From NCBI RefSeq assembly GCF_004010195.1, contig NC_057726.1, forward strand, positions 4,547,702 to 4,611,701: a DNA stretch of 64,000 bases, written 5' to 3'. The notes under the pieces are model-generated. The model was given only the letters and a program-made list of their open reading frames with translations. It was not told the DNA's origin and did no database searches. Shown piece after piece: positions 1 to 12,140 of the stretch. Within the stretch, counting starts at the first letter, position 1; every line of letters begins with the position of its first letter. The stretch comes from Chiloscyllium plagiosum. Its lineage: Eukaryota. The position numbers were made by a program, and so were the translations under genes.

Positions 1-329
1 AGATCAGAGGTTGGAATTTTGTTGTGAATAATACACTCCCTGAAGACCTCCCATCGTGCTGTTGTGTATTTCCCACATCTCTACCCAGGACAAAGCAGCC
101 TGCTTGTTTGGAACCGTGTCCATTTGTACTGTGTTACAAGTCTGGACAATCTACACTGATGCAATCACCCAGAGTCCTTCAACCTTCCAAATCTTCCAAA
201 TCCACCATCAGTTCAGTGGTTTCATGCTCCATGTTGCTAAATTCCAGCTTTTTAAACCAGATTTACTGAATGAATTGAAATGAAATTTAGGATGAAATTT
301 GAAATCTTTATCCTGATCATTGTTTTCCC

Positions 330-1215
330 ATGAGGATCAATGTAGATTGTCAGTGGGCAGAATGTTGGCAAATGGAGTGTTTAAAGTTAGAGGTTATCCA
401 CTTTAGCAGTAAGAATAGAACAGCAGAATATTATTTAAATGGAGGGAGACTTCAGAATGGTGTGGTGTAGACGGATCTGGGTGTCATTGTAAATGACTTC
501 ACAAAACATGGACAAACAGCTATGGCAAGTGATTACAAGAGCAAATGGAAAGTTGGTCTTCAGTGCAAAAGGAATGCAGTTTCAAAGTAGGGAAGACTTG
601 TTATAGCTGTGCAGGGCATTAATGAGACAAGTGGAGGACCATGTATGGAATGGGGCTCCTTACTTAAGGAGGGATACACTTGGGGTGGAAGCAGAGGTTC
701 ATTGGGATGAAGAGGTTTGCCTTATGAGGAAAGGCTGAGCAGGTTAGACTCTGGTGTTTTATGAGATGATCTCATTATAATGAAAGATTCTGAGAGGGTT
801 AGACAAGGTCATTCCCACCCCCACCCCCCCCCCACCCCCCACCCCACCCCCACCTTGGGACCATTGTTTTAGAATCTGCTTCAGTTTGAGATGAGGAGGA
901 ATTTCCTCACTGGGCAGATTGTCAATCTTTGGAATTCTCAAGGAGAAAGTTAGTCCTGCAGATCAGAGTCAAAGCGTGTGATGCTGGAAAAGCAAAGCCG
1001 GTCAGGCAGCTTCCGAGGAGCAGGAGAGTCGATGTTTCGAGCATGAGCTCTTCATCAGGAATCTCTACCCAGGAAGCAGTGGCTGATGCACCATTAACTA
1101 AAATCAAGGATGAAGGGGAACAGGCAGGAAAATGGAGATGTATCAAGTTCGATCTGTATAATCGTACTGAACAGTGGAACAGACTCCCGGGGTGTGGAGC
1201 AATTAGTTTGTAGCT
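330..1215 (+). mobile_element. Degraded CR1-like LINE 3' part, interrupted by a PLE terminus (about 940-1062)
   Basis: CR1-like 3' sequence; PLE terminus contains a decayed hammerhead with GAGC/GCTC stem II. Confidence 0.6.
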
Positions 1216-2383
1216 CCTCTATCTCATGGTTAATGGATTACTAGTCCAGCCATAACCATTAAACTAGCATACCTAAGACTGTATTAAATACACACTCTTA
1301 AAGTGTCTGTGATCACTGTTTTTGGAGCAGGGAAGTTCTTCAGGTTTTGTGCATCTTACAGATCATTATGGAAACCAAGAAGATCACAGGCCAGGGTCCC
1401 TGGTCTGTGCAATGTTAGTTAACCAGTTGCCATATGAACATTTCCTGCCCTTACATATGGCTATTTTATACTGTCCTGCACTGTGTTCTGACTTGCAAAC
1501 AATTTGACTCACAAATGGATTCCAGAACTGTATCCAATTTATAACACTTCCTGCTCATTCCTGCCTCCTATGCTCATTGACCCACACTGGCTCCTGCTCA
1601 GTTTTAAAATCCCTCGAATGGTGTTACCCGTCACTATCCATAAGACATAGGAGTGGAAATAAGGCCATTCGGCCCATCGAGTCCACTCTGCCATTCAATC
1701 ATGGCTGATGGGCATTTCAACTCCACTTACCCGCATTCTCCCCGTAGCCCTTAATTCCTTGTATCTCTGCAATCTCATCCAGTCCCTCTCCCACCACTGC
1801 TCCAAGATATCTGTACTGCTCCAAGTCAGACTCTGGGGGTGTTGCCAGGATGTTCAATCACTCAAACAGTTCCCTCTTTCTTAAACAAGAGGAAATAGTC
1901 ACTGTCTCTGCACTTTGGCCTCTTCAAGATCTATCTTTAGATTATTTCCATTGAGACTTTCACAGAATTGCGATGATGCAGAAGGAGGCCATTTGGCCCA
2001 TTATATCTGTGCCAGCTCTCTGAATGAACATTATAACCTCTGCCACTTTCCTGCCTTTTCCCCCTTAACCCTGCATATTGCTTCTAGTCAAATCAGGATC
2101 TAATGGCCTGACTGAACATGCCTCCAATTATCTTCCAGGTATTTCATTCCAGACCCAAGCCAAACACTTGTTTGATCAAATGTTTTTTCTCAGCTTGTAA
2201 TTGCTTCTTTTGCTGATTATTTTAAAATTGCACCCTTTTGTTCTCAGCCCTTTTACAAACTTCTCCAAATCTACTCCGTCCAGCCCTTAAGTGACTTTGA
2301 AAACTTTGAGAAAATCTCCTTTTAGTTTTCTCATCATGAGTATGACCAGTACAGTAGGTGTAACTATCACTGCCTATATAAAC

Positions 2384-2810
2384 TGAAGGTGGAGGTGCCG
2401 GTGTTGGACTGGGGTGGACAAAGTCAGAAGTCACATGACACCAGATTAGAGCCAAAAATGTGTTGCTGGAAAAGCGCAGAAGATCAGGCAGCATCCAAGG
2501 AGAAGGAGAATCGACGTTTCGGGCATAAGCCCTTCTTCAGGCGTCGATTCTCCTGCTCCTTGGATGCTGCCTAACCTGCTGCGCTTTTCCAGCAACACAT
2601 TTTTAAGCTCTGATCTCCAGCATCTGCAGTCCTGACTTTCTCCCAGATTAGAGCCCAACAGGTTCATTTGAAATCACAAGCTTTCAGAGCACTGCTCCTT
2701 CATCACTTGCCTGTGCGCTTCCCTCCACTTCACCTGATGAAGGAGCAGTGCTCCAAAAGCTTGTGGATTCAAATAAACCTGTTGGACTGTAACCTAGTGT
2801 CTTCTGACTG
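2384..2810. mobile_element. Fold-back PLE-terminal element (family B) carrying a nested family A fold-back insertion (2454-2642)
   Basis: Inverted arms; 13-bp TSD CCAGATTAGAGCC at 2441-2453 and 2643-2655. Confidence 0.75.
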
Positions 2811-3042
2811 TACAGGGGTGACCCCTGTAGCTGTGGAATCATTTTCCGTGGTTTCAGTTACCCGTGGTTTACTGCAGACCGAACATATTATAGGGAACCT
2901 TCCAGAGCCAGGGACCAGGGGACTGCTGGGAAAGTAAGTTTCCCATTGAAATGAATGGGTTTGCACCTATCCGCGGTTCTGGGCGTCTGCGGTAGATTTA
3001 GGAATGTGTCCCCTGTGGGTATGGGCTGGGGGGACTACTGCA
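2811..3042. mobile_element. Tigger/pogo-like MITE (Tc1/mariner)
   Basis: TACAG... to ...GGGGGACTACTGCA termini; internal TTTTCCGTGGTTTCAGTTACCCGTGG typical of Tigger-type MITEs. Confidence 0.5.
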
Positions 3043-3585
3043 TAAACTGGAATAGCGATCTTAGTCTCTGATGACAACATGACCCAAACCACAAGTAGAA
3101 ACTGAGCTCTGTAGTCCCTTCCTCTAAAGGCTTCTTCCTCTTCATTCCCCCCCCCTTTAAAATGCGCCTTACACTTCCCTGTTTCACAAAGCTTTTTAGC
3201 ACCAACATCTTCTCATGTGGCTCCATGTCACATTTTGTTTGAGAAACATTCTCGTGAAAAGCTTTGCAATATTTTATGATGTTAAAGGTACTGTATAAAA
3301 AAGATGTTGAGTTGTGCTGAGAGGAGGGAGGTGCTGTTTGGTTTCTGTCCTTACCTGTGGATTTTTTGATTGTTGCAGTGTGTGTTGGGAGATCCTGAGG
3401 GTTAATGAGACTGATCAAATGGTTGCAGATGTAGTAGAAATCAAATGCAAACACAACTGTTGCCACGAAACCAAAAACCTTTTTGAGAAAAAAAGTGCAG
3501 TAGGAGAACAGTAAAACAACCGATTTGAGATAAGAACAGACAAAAATAGAATCTGATCTTTAACGAACGATGCAAAATTACTCAC

Positions 3586-3678
3586 CCCAGCAGTTTTTGC
3601 AGATGCTGAACTCTTTGTAATGGCATAAATCGAGATCGCAAAGAAAATAACTGCAGCAGTTACACAGCGCAGGAAATC
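3586..3678 (-). CDS. CMTM3: CMTM3 coding exon 3 (DFLRCVTAAVIFFAISIYAITKSSASAKTAG), MARVEL TM3
   Basis: CAG acceptor, GTGAGT donor, 93 nt phase 0/0; close to human DFLRCVTAALIYFAISITAIAKYSDGASKAAG. Final exon not found in 1-3585. Confidence 0.93.
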
Positions 3679-4129
3679 CTGCAAGATTTTTTGACATATA
3701 ATATTTGAAATGTGTGAAAGGAAATTGCTCACTCTAAACAAAGTGTGCAAAACTTGTCAAACGAGCTTGCTTCAATGGTTTGTGCCAGAAAGTAAACTGC
3801 AAATTACAGACAATGCAATGAATTGAAAGGATTTTGACAGAAGTCAGGGTCTGTTCAACAAAGAAAGAAATTGTGTCTTCATTACATCTTTCAGCAGCTC
3901 CCAACTGCAGTTAATGAAGGGTAGTCACTGCTCTAAAGTAGGAAACTCCACAGCCAACCTGAGCACAGAAAGCTCCCACAACAACAAAGTTAGAACGAGC
4001 AGGGGTTGTGTTTATTGGTGCTGATAAAGGGGATGCGACGGGTACCAGAGTGAACTCCGCTGACTCTTCCAAATGGTGCCAGGAGATATTTTAGGTTTAG
4101 TTGGGGCATCACACAGCACCTCGGAAAGA

Positions 4130-4660
4130 CAGTACTCCTGACAGTGTGACACTCCATCTTAATGAACATCTGAGAGGTGTGGCACTCCCTCAACACTGAC
4201 CCTCCGACAGTGCAGCACTCTCTCAGCACTGACCCTTGGACTGTGTGGCACTCCCTCAGCATTGACCCTCCGCCAGTGCCTATTGCACTGACCCTCCGAC
4301 AGTGCAGCACTCCCTCAGCACTGACCCTCTGACATTACTCCCTCAGCACCGATCCTCTGACATTACTCTCTTCGCACTGACCGTCTGACATTACTCCCTC
4401 AGCACCGATTCTCTGATATTACTCCCTTCGCACTGACCCTCTGACATTTCTCCCTCAGCACCGATCCTCTGACATTACTCCCTTCGCACTGACCCTCTGA
4501 CATTACTCCGTCAGCACTGACCCTCTGACATTGCTCCGTCAGCACTGACCCTCTGACATTGCTCCGTCAGCACTGACCCTCCGACATTCCTCCCTCAGCA
4601 CTGACTCTCCGACATAACTCCCTCAGCACTGACCCTCTGGCATTATTCCCTCAGTACTGC
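4130..4660. repeat. Minisatellite, ~29-33 bp unit CTCCCTCAGCACTGACCCTC(T/C)GACA(TTA/GTGCAGCA)
   Basis: About 15 visible tandem copies in CMTM3 intron 2. Confidence 0.9.
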
Positions 4661-5404
4661 ATAGGGAGTGCTGGTCTAGGCTATTGACTGAATCTCTGGA
4701 GTGGGGTCTGATGGGTGAAGGCAAACACACAGTATCAGCAGCAATGTTGGTGGAGGGGGAGCAAATACTTTAAATATTCCAGATGATTAATGGTGATAGA
4801 TGTTAGGGTGAATATCTGTGGTAGAGCCCAGAAGTAAAGGGACACAGCTTGATCATGGGTAATGTCAGGCAGTGCCCCATCACATGAAGGGAGTGGAAAT
4901 CTGGAACCAATGAACCTGGGGCTCATTGGAAAATGTCCAAATTTGAGACTGTCAGATTTCGGTGAGACATTGATGGTTTTGGGAACCAAAGTAGGTAAAT
5001 GGAGTTCAGAGGCACATCAGTCATGATCTCAATGATTGTCAGAATATACCTGAGGGGCTGAATGGCCTCCTCATATCCCAGTTCTGTGCTCAGGTCTGTG
5101 GGAGTAGGTGTTTTTCATTGAGAGATGTATGCCACAGAAGTGAGAGTGGTTACTGACTGAGGTGAGGGGTCATGTAGGATTTGCCCCTGAGTACAGGGTT
5201 CAGATGTTATCTGTGCCACCAGCCCCCCTCCCAAGCACACGCTGTCGTGGTTCTATTCATTCGCAGGACTAGGCATCGCTGGCTAGGCCAGCATTTATTA
5301 CCCATCCCATGTAAGAGTCAAACACATCACTGTGGGTCTGGATTCATGTGTAGGCTAGACCAGGTAAGACTGGCAGATTTCCACCATAAAGGTTCTCAGT
5401 GTAC

Positions 5405-5915
5405 CACAGAGTCAAGAGATGTACAGCATGGAAACAGACCCTTTGGTCTCACCCGTCCATGTCGACCAGATATCCCAACCCAATCTCGTCCCACCTGCCA
5501 GCACCTGGCCCATATCCCTCCAAACCCTTCCTATTCATATACCCATCCAAATGCCTTTTAAATGTTGCAATTGTACCAGCCTCCACCACTTCCTCTGGCA
5601 GCTCATTCCATACCCGTACCACCCTCTGTGTGAAAAGGTTGCCCCTTCGGTCTCTTTTATATCTTTCACCTCTCACCCTAAACCTATGCCCCCTCTAGTT
5701 CAGGACTCTCCCAGCCCAGGGAAAAGACCTTATCTATTAATCCTATCCATGTCCCTCATTATCTTATAAACCTCTATAAGGTCACCCCTCAGCCTCCGAC
5801 GCTCCAGGGAAATCAGCCCCAGCCTGTTCAGCCTCTCCCTGTAGCTCAAATCCTCCAACCCTGGTAACATCCTTGTGAATCTTTTCTGAACCCTTTCAAG
5901 TTTCAGAACATCCTC
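5405..5915 (-). mobile_element. CR1/HER1 LINE 3' fragment
   Basis: ORF RGERYKRDRRGNLFTQRVVRVWNELPEEVVEAGTIATFKRHLD is the CR1 ORF2 C-terminus, followed by the 3' UTR. Confidence 0.9.
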
Positions 5916-6148
5916 GAACCAGATAGACTTTTCATGACAACTGGCAATGGGTTTGCGGTCAACATTAGATTCCAGATTTTAATTGAATTCAAGTTCTATC
6001 ATCAACAGTGGCACAATTCAAACTTGGGTCCCTCAAACATTACCTGTCTCTCTGGACTAACAGCCTCCCGATAACACCACTAGGCCATCAGCACCCCCAA
6101 ACACTGCTGTACATTTTACACCCAGGAATACTGAAAGGTGCTACTTAC

Positions 6149-6304
6149 AATCAAAGGGCCGTGAAAACCTGGGAAATTGTCAATGTACTGTGTCACATAC
6201 ACGTAATAGGCACAAATGGATAGCAGGAACTCGATGAGTGGAGCAGCCATGAATGCAGCCATAGGGGATGCCAGGTAACATATTAAAATGATGAAAGACA
6301 GCAC
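6149..6304 (-). CDS. CMTM3: CMTM3 coding exon 2 (VLSFIILICYLASPMAAFMAAPLIEFLLSICAYYVYVTQYIDNFPGFHGPLI), MARVEL TM1-TM2
   Basis: Pyrimidine tract + CAG acceptor, GTAAGT donor, 156 nt phase 0/0; matches human LSFITFICYVASSASAFLTAPLLEFLL. Confidence 0.93.
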
Positions 6305-6555
6305 CTGGGGTGGGGGGAGAACAAGAGGAAAGTGAACTAGCTGAGGCTGCACAGAAAGCAAGGCCCTGCAAATGACCAATCAACATTGTTCTTCCAGTTG
6401 TCAATTACAATCTCAACCCATTCCCCTCCATCTTCACATTGGACCTGCTCATTTAGAGGGTCTTAGAGAGCACAGGTAGAGACCATTTGGTCCATCACAT
6501 CAATGCTTGCCCTTTGGAAAGATCTATGCAATTAGTTCCACTCCTCTCTCCTGTT

Positions 6556-7248
6556 GTGATAATGTAAACTTCACAACTTTAATAGCTGCTCATGGATTGA
6601 AAAAATCCAACCATTCTGGAATAACCTGTTTCTTGAAATGAAAGAGACAATGAGACACCGTTATAAAGGGATTGAAAGCAACATGCGAATGAACTATCCC
6701 TGGCAAGAAACAACATAAACACGCTATTTCCTGGGAGAGAGGAGGTAATGACTGCTTGCAAAGCTGCTGCCTTGTGACAAGTAAGTAATTAACTTTGCCT
6801 GCAGAAGCAATGTTTTGAAGTAAAGGGGTTAACTGCAGAAAAAACTGTGTTTTTAAATAGACAACTAACTCTGAATATAACAAGGAACAGGGGAGCTGCT
6901 TCTGATAAGAAGGCAAGCTATAAACTGGAGATCTCCAGAAGAGTAATCAATGTTGGGGATGAAAGAATCGATTGAATCATACCAAAACCCAAACAATTCA
7001 GTAGCAGAACTTTGTAGAACAACACTGCACAAAGATCGAAGAGACAGACACTATTGGTTCAAATCGTGGCTAAATTCCACCATTAATCAGGTAATAGCTG
7101 AGTTGGGTTGAGAGGCTTAACTTGTTTACTTGAGGGACTTAGTTTGATTGCTACATGCAGTTAAGTTTAAATCATTGTTTTAGTACTTGATTGTGAAATT
7201 TCTTAATAACTAGTCGAATTAGAGGTAACTTATGGTGATTTACCCACA
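6556..7248. mobile_element. Possible solo LTR inserted into a LINE 3' relic
   Basis: TG...CA-bounded ~690-bp block with a TATA-like motif, interrupting CR1-like sequence; no clear TSD. Confidence 0.3.
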
Positions 7249-7903
7249 GGATTAGCTTTCTTTGTTTCCCTTTCAAGTAGTTCTCCAATTCCCTTTAAAA
7301 GATCATAATGAAACTGCCTCCACCACACTTTCAGGCAGCACAGATCATTAATAACTTTATGCATGAAATAAATCTCCTCAACTCAGTTCTGAAGAGTCAT
7401 ACTGAAGTTGAAATGTTAACTCTGTTTCTCTCTTCACAGATGCTATCTGACCTGCTAAGTTTCTCCAGCCACTTCTGTTTTTATTTCCTATTTCAGGCAG
7501 GAACAATTTTTCCCTCGCTACTCTGTTCATGGTCCTCCTGGATTTGAGGACCACTTGTCAGACCAAACACAAGACTGCCAAATTTCGAATGATTGCAACT
7601 GGGGAAAAGGGTGGTTATTGGTAAGTTGATTCTGATTTGTTTAGGTATTGCTATGGAGAGCAGAGAAGGCACTCCTCAGGTTCCTAGGTTACTCAAAAAA
7701 AAACCCAGCAACACCTTCATTTTGTTTGCAGAGAATGGGTAATAGTGTATGAATATAGCAAATGTGATGAGCTGAACTGGTTCTATGAAATTAGTTACTC
7801 CTGTAGCTGTTAGCACATACAGAATTAACCAGCAAATCTCCAAATCCCATCTAACAGACTTCCTGTTTTAGGTTTTGAAAGTATGGGCTGCTCGGTACTT
7901 TGA

Positions 7904-8104
7904 GGAGAAAGTGAGGTCTGCAGATGCTGGAGATCAGAGCTGAAAATGTGTTGCTGGAACAGCGCAGCAGGTCAGGCAGCATCGAGGGAACAGGAGAATC
8001 GATGTTTCGGGCATAAAAGAAGGGCTTATGCCCGAAACGTCGATTCTCCTGTTCCCTGGATGCTGCCTGACCTGCTGCGCTGTTCCAGCAACACATTTTC
8101 AGCT
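7904..8104. mobile_element. Fold-back PLE-terminal mini-element (family A)
   Basis: ~80-bp near-perfect inverted arms; 16-bp TSD CTGCTCGGTACTTTGA at 7888-7903 and 8105-8120. Confidence 0.85.
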
Positions 8105-8354
8105 CTGCTCGGTACTTTGACTATTTCCACGTGGCCTGTTATTGAAACTTTATTCCCCTGGCACTTTACTCTCTGGCATAAATTGCCACTATCAGTTTGT
8201 GATTTGGCACTCTTGCATTTATCCTGACGAGTGTAAGACCTAAAACTTTGGTGAAATGCTTCCCTTTTTGGAAATGTTCCACGTCTGATTCAAGGATGGA
8301 ATGATCCAACAGAGTGATCTGTGTGAAAACAAAAAAAATGCTGGAGACCAGAGT

Positions 8355-8516
8355 GGGTCAGGGAGCATCCATGGAGAGGGATCACAGGGGGTCAGGGAGC
8401 ATCCATGGAGAGGGATCACAGGGGGTCAGGCAGCATCCATGGAGAGGGATCACAGAGGGTCAGGCAGCATCCATGGAGAGGGATCACAGGGGGTCAGGCA
8501 ACATCCATGGAGAGAG
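8355..8516. repeat. 34-bp tandem repeat (about 4.7 copies) GGGTCAGG(C/G)AGCATCCATGGAGAGGGATCACAG(G/A)
   Basis: Direct inspection; embedded in a PLE-terminus-like sequence. Confidence 0.9.
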
Positions 8517-9008
8517 AACAAGCTGATGTTTCGAGTCCAGATGACTACCCACATCCCTCTGCCCTCCCTCTGGCTGATCTGAACTGGGGCAGTGGGGGAA
8601 GGGGAACATGGTGTTCCAATGCTCCTGGTCTCTGAGGGAGTTCCTGCCCATGGTTTGGCCTTAGGTGAACAGACCCCATCCATATTGCCGGCTGAAACAC
8701 AGGCACTGGGGATCAAGCATTTTATTGGTTCCTGAAGGTTAAAGACCCTGTCCTGGTTACTACAACAGTGACACCCAGGCGACATGTGCCCGTTTCACTG
8801 TGATTTCCAAGATTTCCACCAACCGGACTCTCTCCTTGCCAAAGTAAACACTCAGATAAACAATGCCTGTTTGTTTTGATTTGACACGGTTTGTGAAATT
8901 TCAATTAGCAGCCTCTGGCTTACAGCTCGTACACAGAGAAATGGGGGTGAAGATGCTCGCTGAAAGGACAATGCACACTTTAGCGGTTACACACACACAC
9001 ACACTTAC

Positions 9009-9125
9009 CACTTCAGCTGCCAGCAGCAGACCTTTCCGAGACTTTAAGAAAGCTTTGTCCGGGATAAGTGCACTCAAACCGGTAGAGGCTGCGGGAACTG
9101 ACTCCGGGAACTCCGACTCTCCCAT
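9009..9125 (-). CDS. CMTM3: CMTM3 coding exon 1 (MGESEFPESVPAASTGLSALIPDKAFLKSRKGLLLAAEV)
   Basis: ATG at 9125, 39 codons, donor GTAAGT at 9008; resembles human CMTM3 GLRALLPARAFLCSLKGRLLLAES; CpG-rich surroundings. Confidence 0.9.
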
Positions 9126-9990
9126 TGCAGCACCAGGTCAGGGGAGGGGCAGAGGAGGAGATGGGAGTCGTGCAAATGAAATGAGGTTTTGGGGAGGCTT
9201 TGTCTTTCAGGGAAATGTAAGGACTTTTTCTTTAACAGGGAGCTTCAGCGGGAAACGGAAATGTAGGTTTGCGGAAACTTGGGATCCTCCAATCTGAGAC
9301 AATGGGTTGATCGGAGTGGGGAAAGAGAAAAAACCCAGCCGGACCGACAGGAAATATTATTTTCATAAAAGCGAACAGCATGAGATCAGTTTCATCACGA
9401 TTTTTCTCAAGACGTTCAGCAAATCGCCTTCCAACTTTGCACGAAAAATGCAAACATTTCGTTAAGTTCTGGCCAACAAAGTCTCTAATAACCTTTGCAA
9501 AATAAACCTGCAAAAAGGTTACGAACAACTTTGCAAAAATAAAACACTTCGATATCTTTGGAAATACTTTGCCAAAAAAGTTACTTTTAAAAAAGATGCA
9601 AAAATCGTCATTGAATGTTTTGCAAAAATCTTAACGATAAGTCACTTTTGCATAAAAATTGCCACAGAGGGTCTGAGAAGAGTTTAATTTCCAAATGGAA
9701 CTACACAAATAATGTTTCCGAACATGCCTTGTAAAGCCTCAGCTAAGTTATTCTCCATCACGTTTCTCGCCAAGTTAGGTCACGGTTTTAGAGAGGGATG
9801 GGTGGGGGGTGAGATGTTGGGCTCAGTTCAGTTTCTGACTCATTGCAGCCGCCTCTCGGACAAGCTCCCAGCAGACACAGGGCTGCAGGCAGCGAGCTGA
9901 GCAGTGCATCGCCGAGAGCCTGTGAACACTTTTAGTTCCTGTGTTACACTCGAGGGCGTTAATAATCTGCCGTCAAAATCAGACTTTATC
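9126..9990 (-). promoter_or_regulatory. CMTM3 5' UTR / promoter region
   Basis: CpG-enriched, repeat-free sequence upstream of the CMTM3 ATG; TSS not determinable. Confidence 0.4.
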
Positions 9991-10009
9991 AAGATACCCT
10001 GCTCCAAAC

Positions 10010-10235
10010 GTTTAGATTAGATTCTAGTCTGTAACTCACTCCCTGGTGTATGTTATTCTGTATATAAACCAGCCTAATCCCCTCGATTAAATTCCAGTCT
10101 GTAACTCACTCCCTGGGATCTGTTATTCTGTATATAAACAACCCAAACACCTTGATTAGATTCCAGTCCTTAACGCAGTCCCTGGGATCTGTTATTCTAC
10201 GTACAGTATAAACCACTTGATTACATTCCAGCCTG
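10010..10235. repeat. Degenerate ~75-bp tandem repeat (TTAGATTCCAGTCTGTAACTCACTCCCTGG...TGTTATTCTGTATATAAAC)
   Basis: Three recognisable copies. Confidence 0.75.
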
Positions 10236-11084
10236 AGGGAGCTGGTGTAGATTGAAGGGATTTGGGTTCAATATTTTGAGGGTGTGACAATTCTGATATA
10301 AATCATTTTGGAGCAATAAAGACTGAACACTGCTGTGTTTATGAACAGATGGTGTTCAGCTGTGATCCCCTTGTCTAGTCTCATTGCAAATTGGACTTTG
10401 TGGAGAACAGAGAGAGTTGTTCAGATGCAATGTCCAGCATCCTCAGCTTCTTCATGCATTGTCTGTTAGGAGCAAAGTCTTCTGAACCGATTGAACAAGC
10501 GATTTATCTTAACATCTGATTGCACTGTTTCTCCCCATTAACACCCTGAACCAGTCTGAATCCACACAGACACTGGGAAATGTTCATTCTCATCAGCTCA
10601 GGGCAGTTTCTCTCAGAATGGTAAATCTGCTGCAGCGCAGGTTCCAACTGAACTCATTGAGTCCTCAACCTGAACCACTGAGAGCAATCCTGATATTACA
10701 TGCTCACTCCTTTTCTCAGCCTGACCCTACTCCATCCACATCCTTCCCACTCCTTCCCTTCCTTCCTGTCTGACCCAACACATTCTCCAGTCCCCTCCTC
10801 CCCAAAGCCCTTCAGTAAAATCACAGAATTATGATGCATTGCTTTATTTACTGTCATGTGTGTTTTTTACAAATTCAGTGAAAAGTGTTGTTTAGTGTTG
10901 CCACCATCTGGTACCATCTTAAAACACAGAAAAAACGTCAAAGAGGTTTACAGCACGGAAACAGACCCTTTCGGTTCAACTTGTCCATACCGACCAGATA
11001 CCCAAAATTAATCTAATCCTATTCACCAGCATTTAGCCCATATCCTTCTAAATCCTTCCTATTCAAACATGCATGCCTTTTAAA

Positions 11085-12140
11085 GAAGGACTGTAATTTC
11101 CCCTTCCATGTGGTTGACGATGCCCTCCAACACACATCTCATCCACACCCCGTACCTCCGCCCTCAAACCCCACCCCACGGTCCTCACCTTCTACCCTAC
11201 TAACCTCCGCATACACCACATCACCTGCCTACATTTCTGCCACCTCCAAACGGACCCCACCACCAGGGATATATTTCCCTCCCCACCCCTATCCGCTTTC
11301 CGCAAAGACCGCTCCCTCTGTGACTACCTGGTCAGGTCCATGCCCCCCCAGAAACCCACCCTCCCATCCTGGCACCTTCCCCTGCCACCACAGGAATTGC
11401 AAAACCTGCGCCCACACCTCCTCCCTCACCTCTATCCAAGGCCCCAAAGGAGCCTTCCACATCCATCAAAGTTTTACCTGCACATCCACCTATGCCATTT
11501 ATTGTATCCGTTGCTCCCGATGCGGTCTCCTCTACATTGGGGAGACTGGACACCTTCTCACAGAGCGCTTTAGGGAACATCTCCGGGACACCTGCACCAA
11601 TCAACTCCATTGCCCCGTGGCCCACCATTTCAACTCCCCCTCCCACTCTGCCGAGGACATGCATGTCCTGGGCCTCCTCTATCGCCACTCCCTCACTACC
11701 CGACGCCTGGAGGAAGAACGCCTCATCTTCTGCCTCGGAAACTTCAACCGCATGGCACTAATGTGGACTTCACCAGTTTCCTCATTTCCCCTCCCCTACC
11801 TTACCTCAGTTCCAACCTTCCAGCTCAGCACCATCCTCATGACCTGTCCTACCAGTCCATCTTCTTTCCCACCGATCTGCTCCACCCTCCTCTCCGATCT
11901 ATTCACCTTCATCCCCACCTCCATCCACCTATTGTACTCTTAGCTACCTTCTCCCAGCCCCACCCCCTCCCATTTATCTCTCCACCCCGGAGGCTCCCAG
12001 CCTCATTCCTGATGAAGGGCTCCTGCCCGAAATGTCGATATACCTGCTCCTCAGATGCTGCCTGACCTGTTGTGCTTTTCCAGCACCACTCTAATCCAGA
12101 CTCTAATTTCCAGCATCTGCAGTGCCCACTTTTGCCTATG
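11085..12140 (+). mobile_element. Penelope-like element 3' fragment: GIY-YIG endonuclease plus terminal repeat with hammerhead motif (~12005-12040)
   Basis: AIYCIRCSRCGLLYIGETGHLLTERFREHL...VAHHFN GIY-YIG with Cys-rich linker (C..NCKTC); frameshifted. Confidence 0.9.

Noticed and set aside
1-3585. CMTM3 final coding exon (expected VFGF...DFY...)
   Set aside because: No matching minus-strand exon found; probably left of the window
4130-4660. CRISPR-like regular repeats (also 8355-8516, 22105-22295)
   Set aside because: Head-to-tail minisatellites without unique spacers, no cas genes, vertebrate context
8222-8252. Further hammerhead-like motif CTGACGAGTGTAAGACCTAAAACTT
   Set aside because: GAAA core and stems are too decayed to support the call from this copy alone
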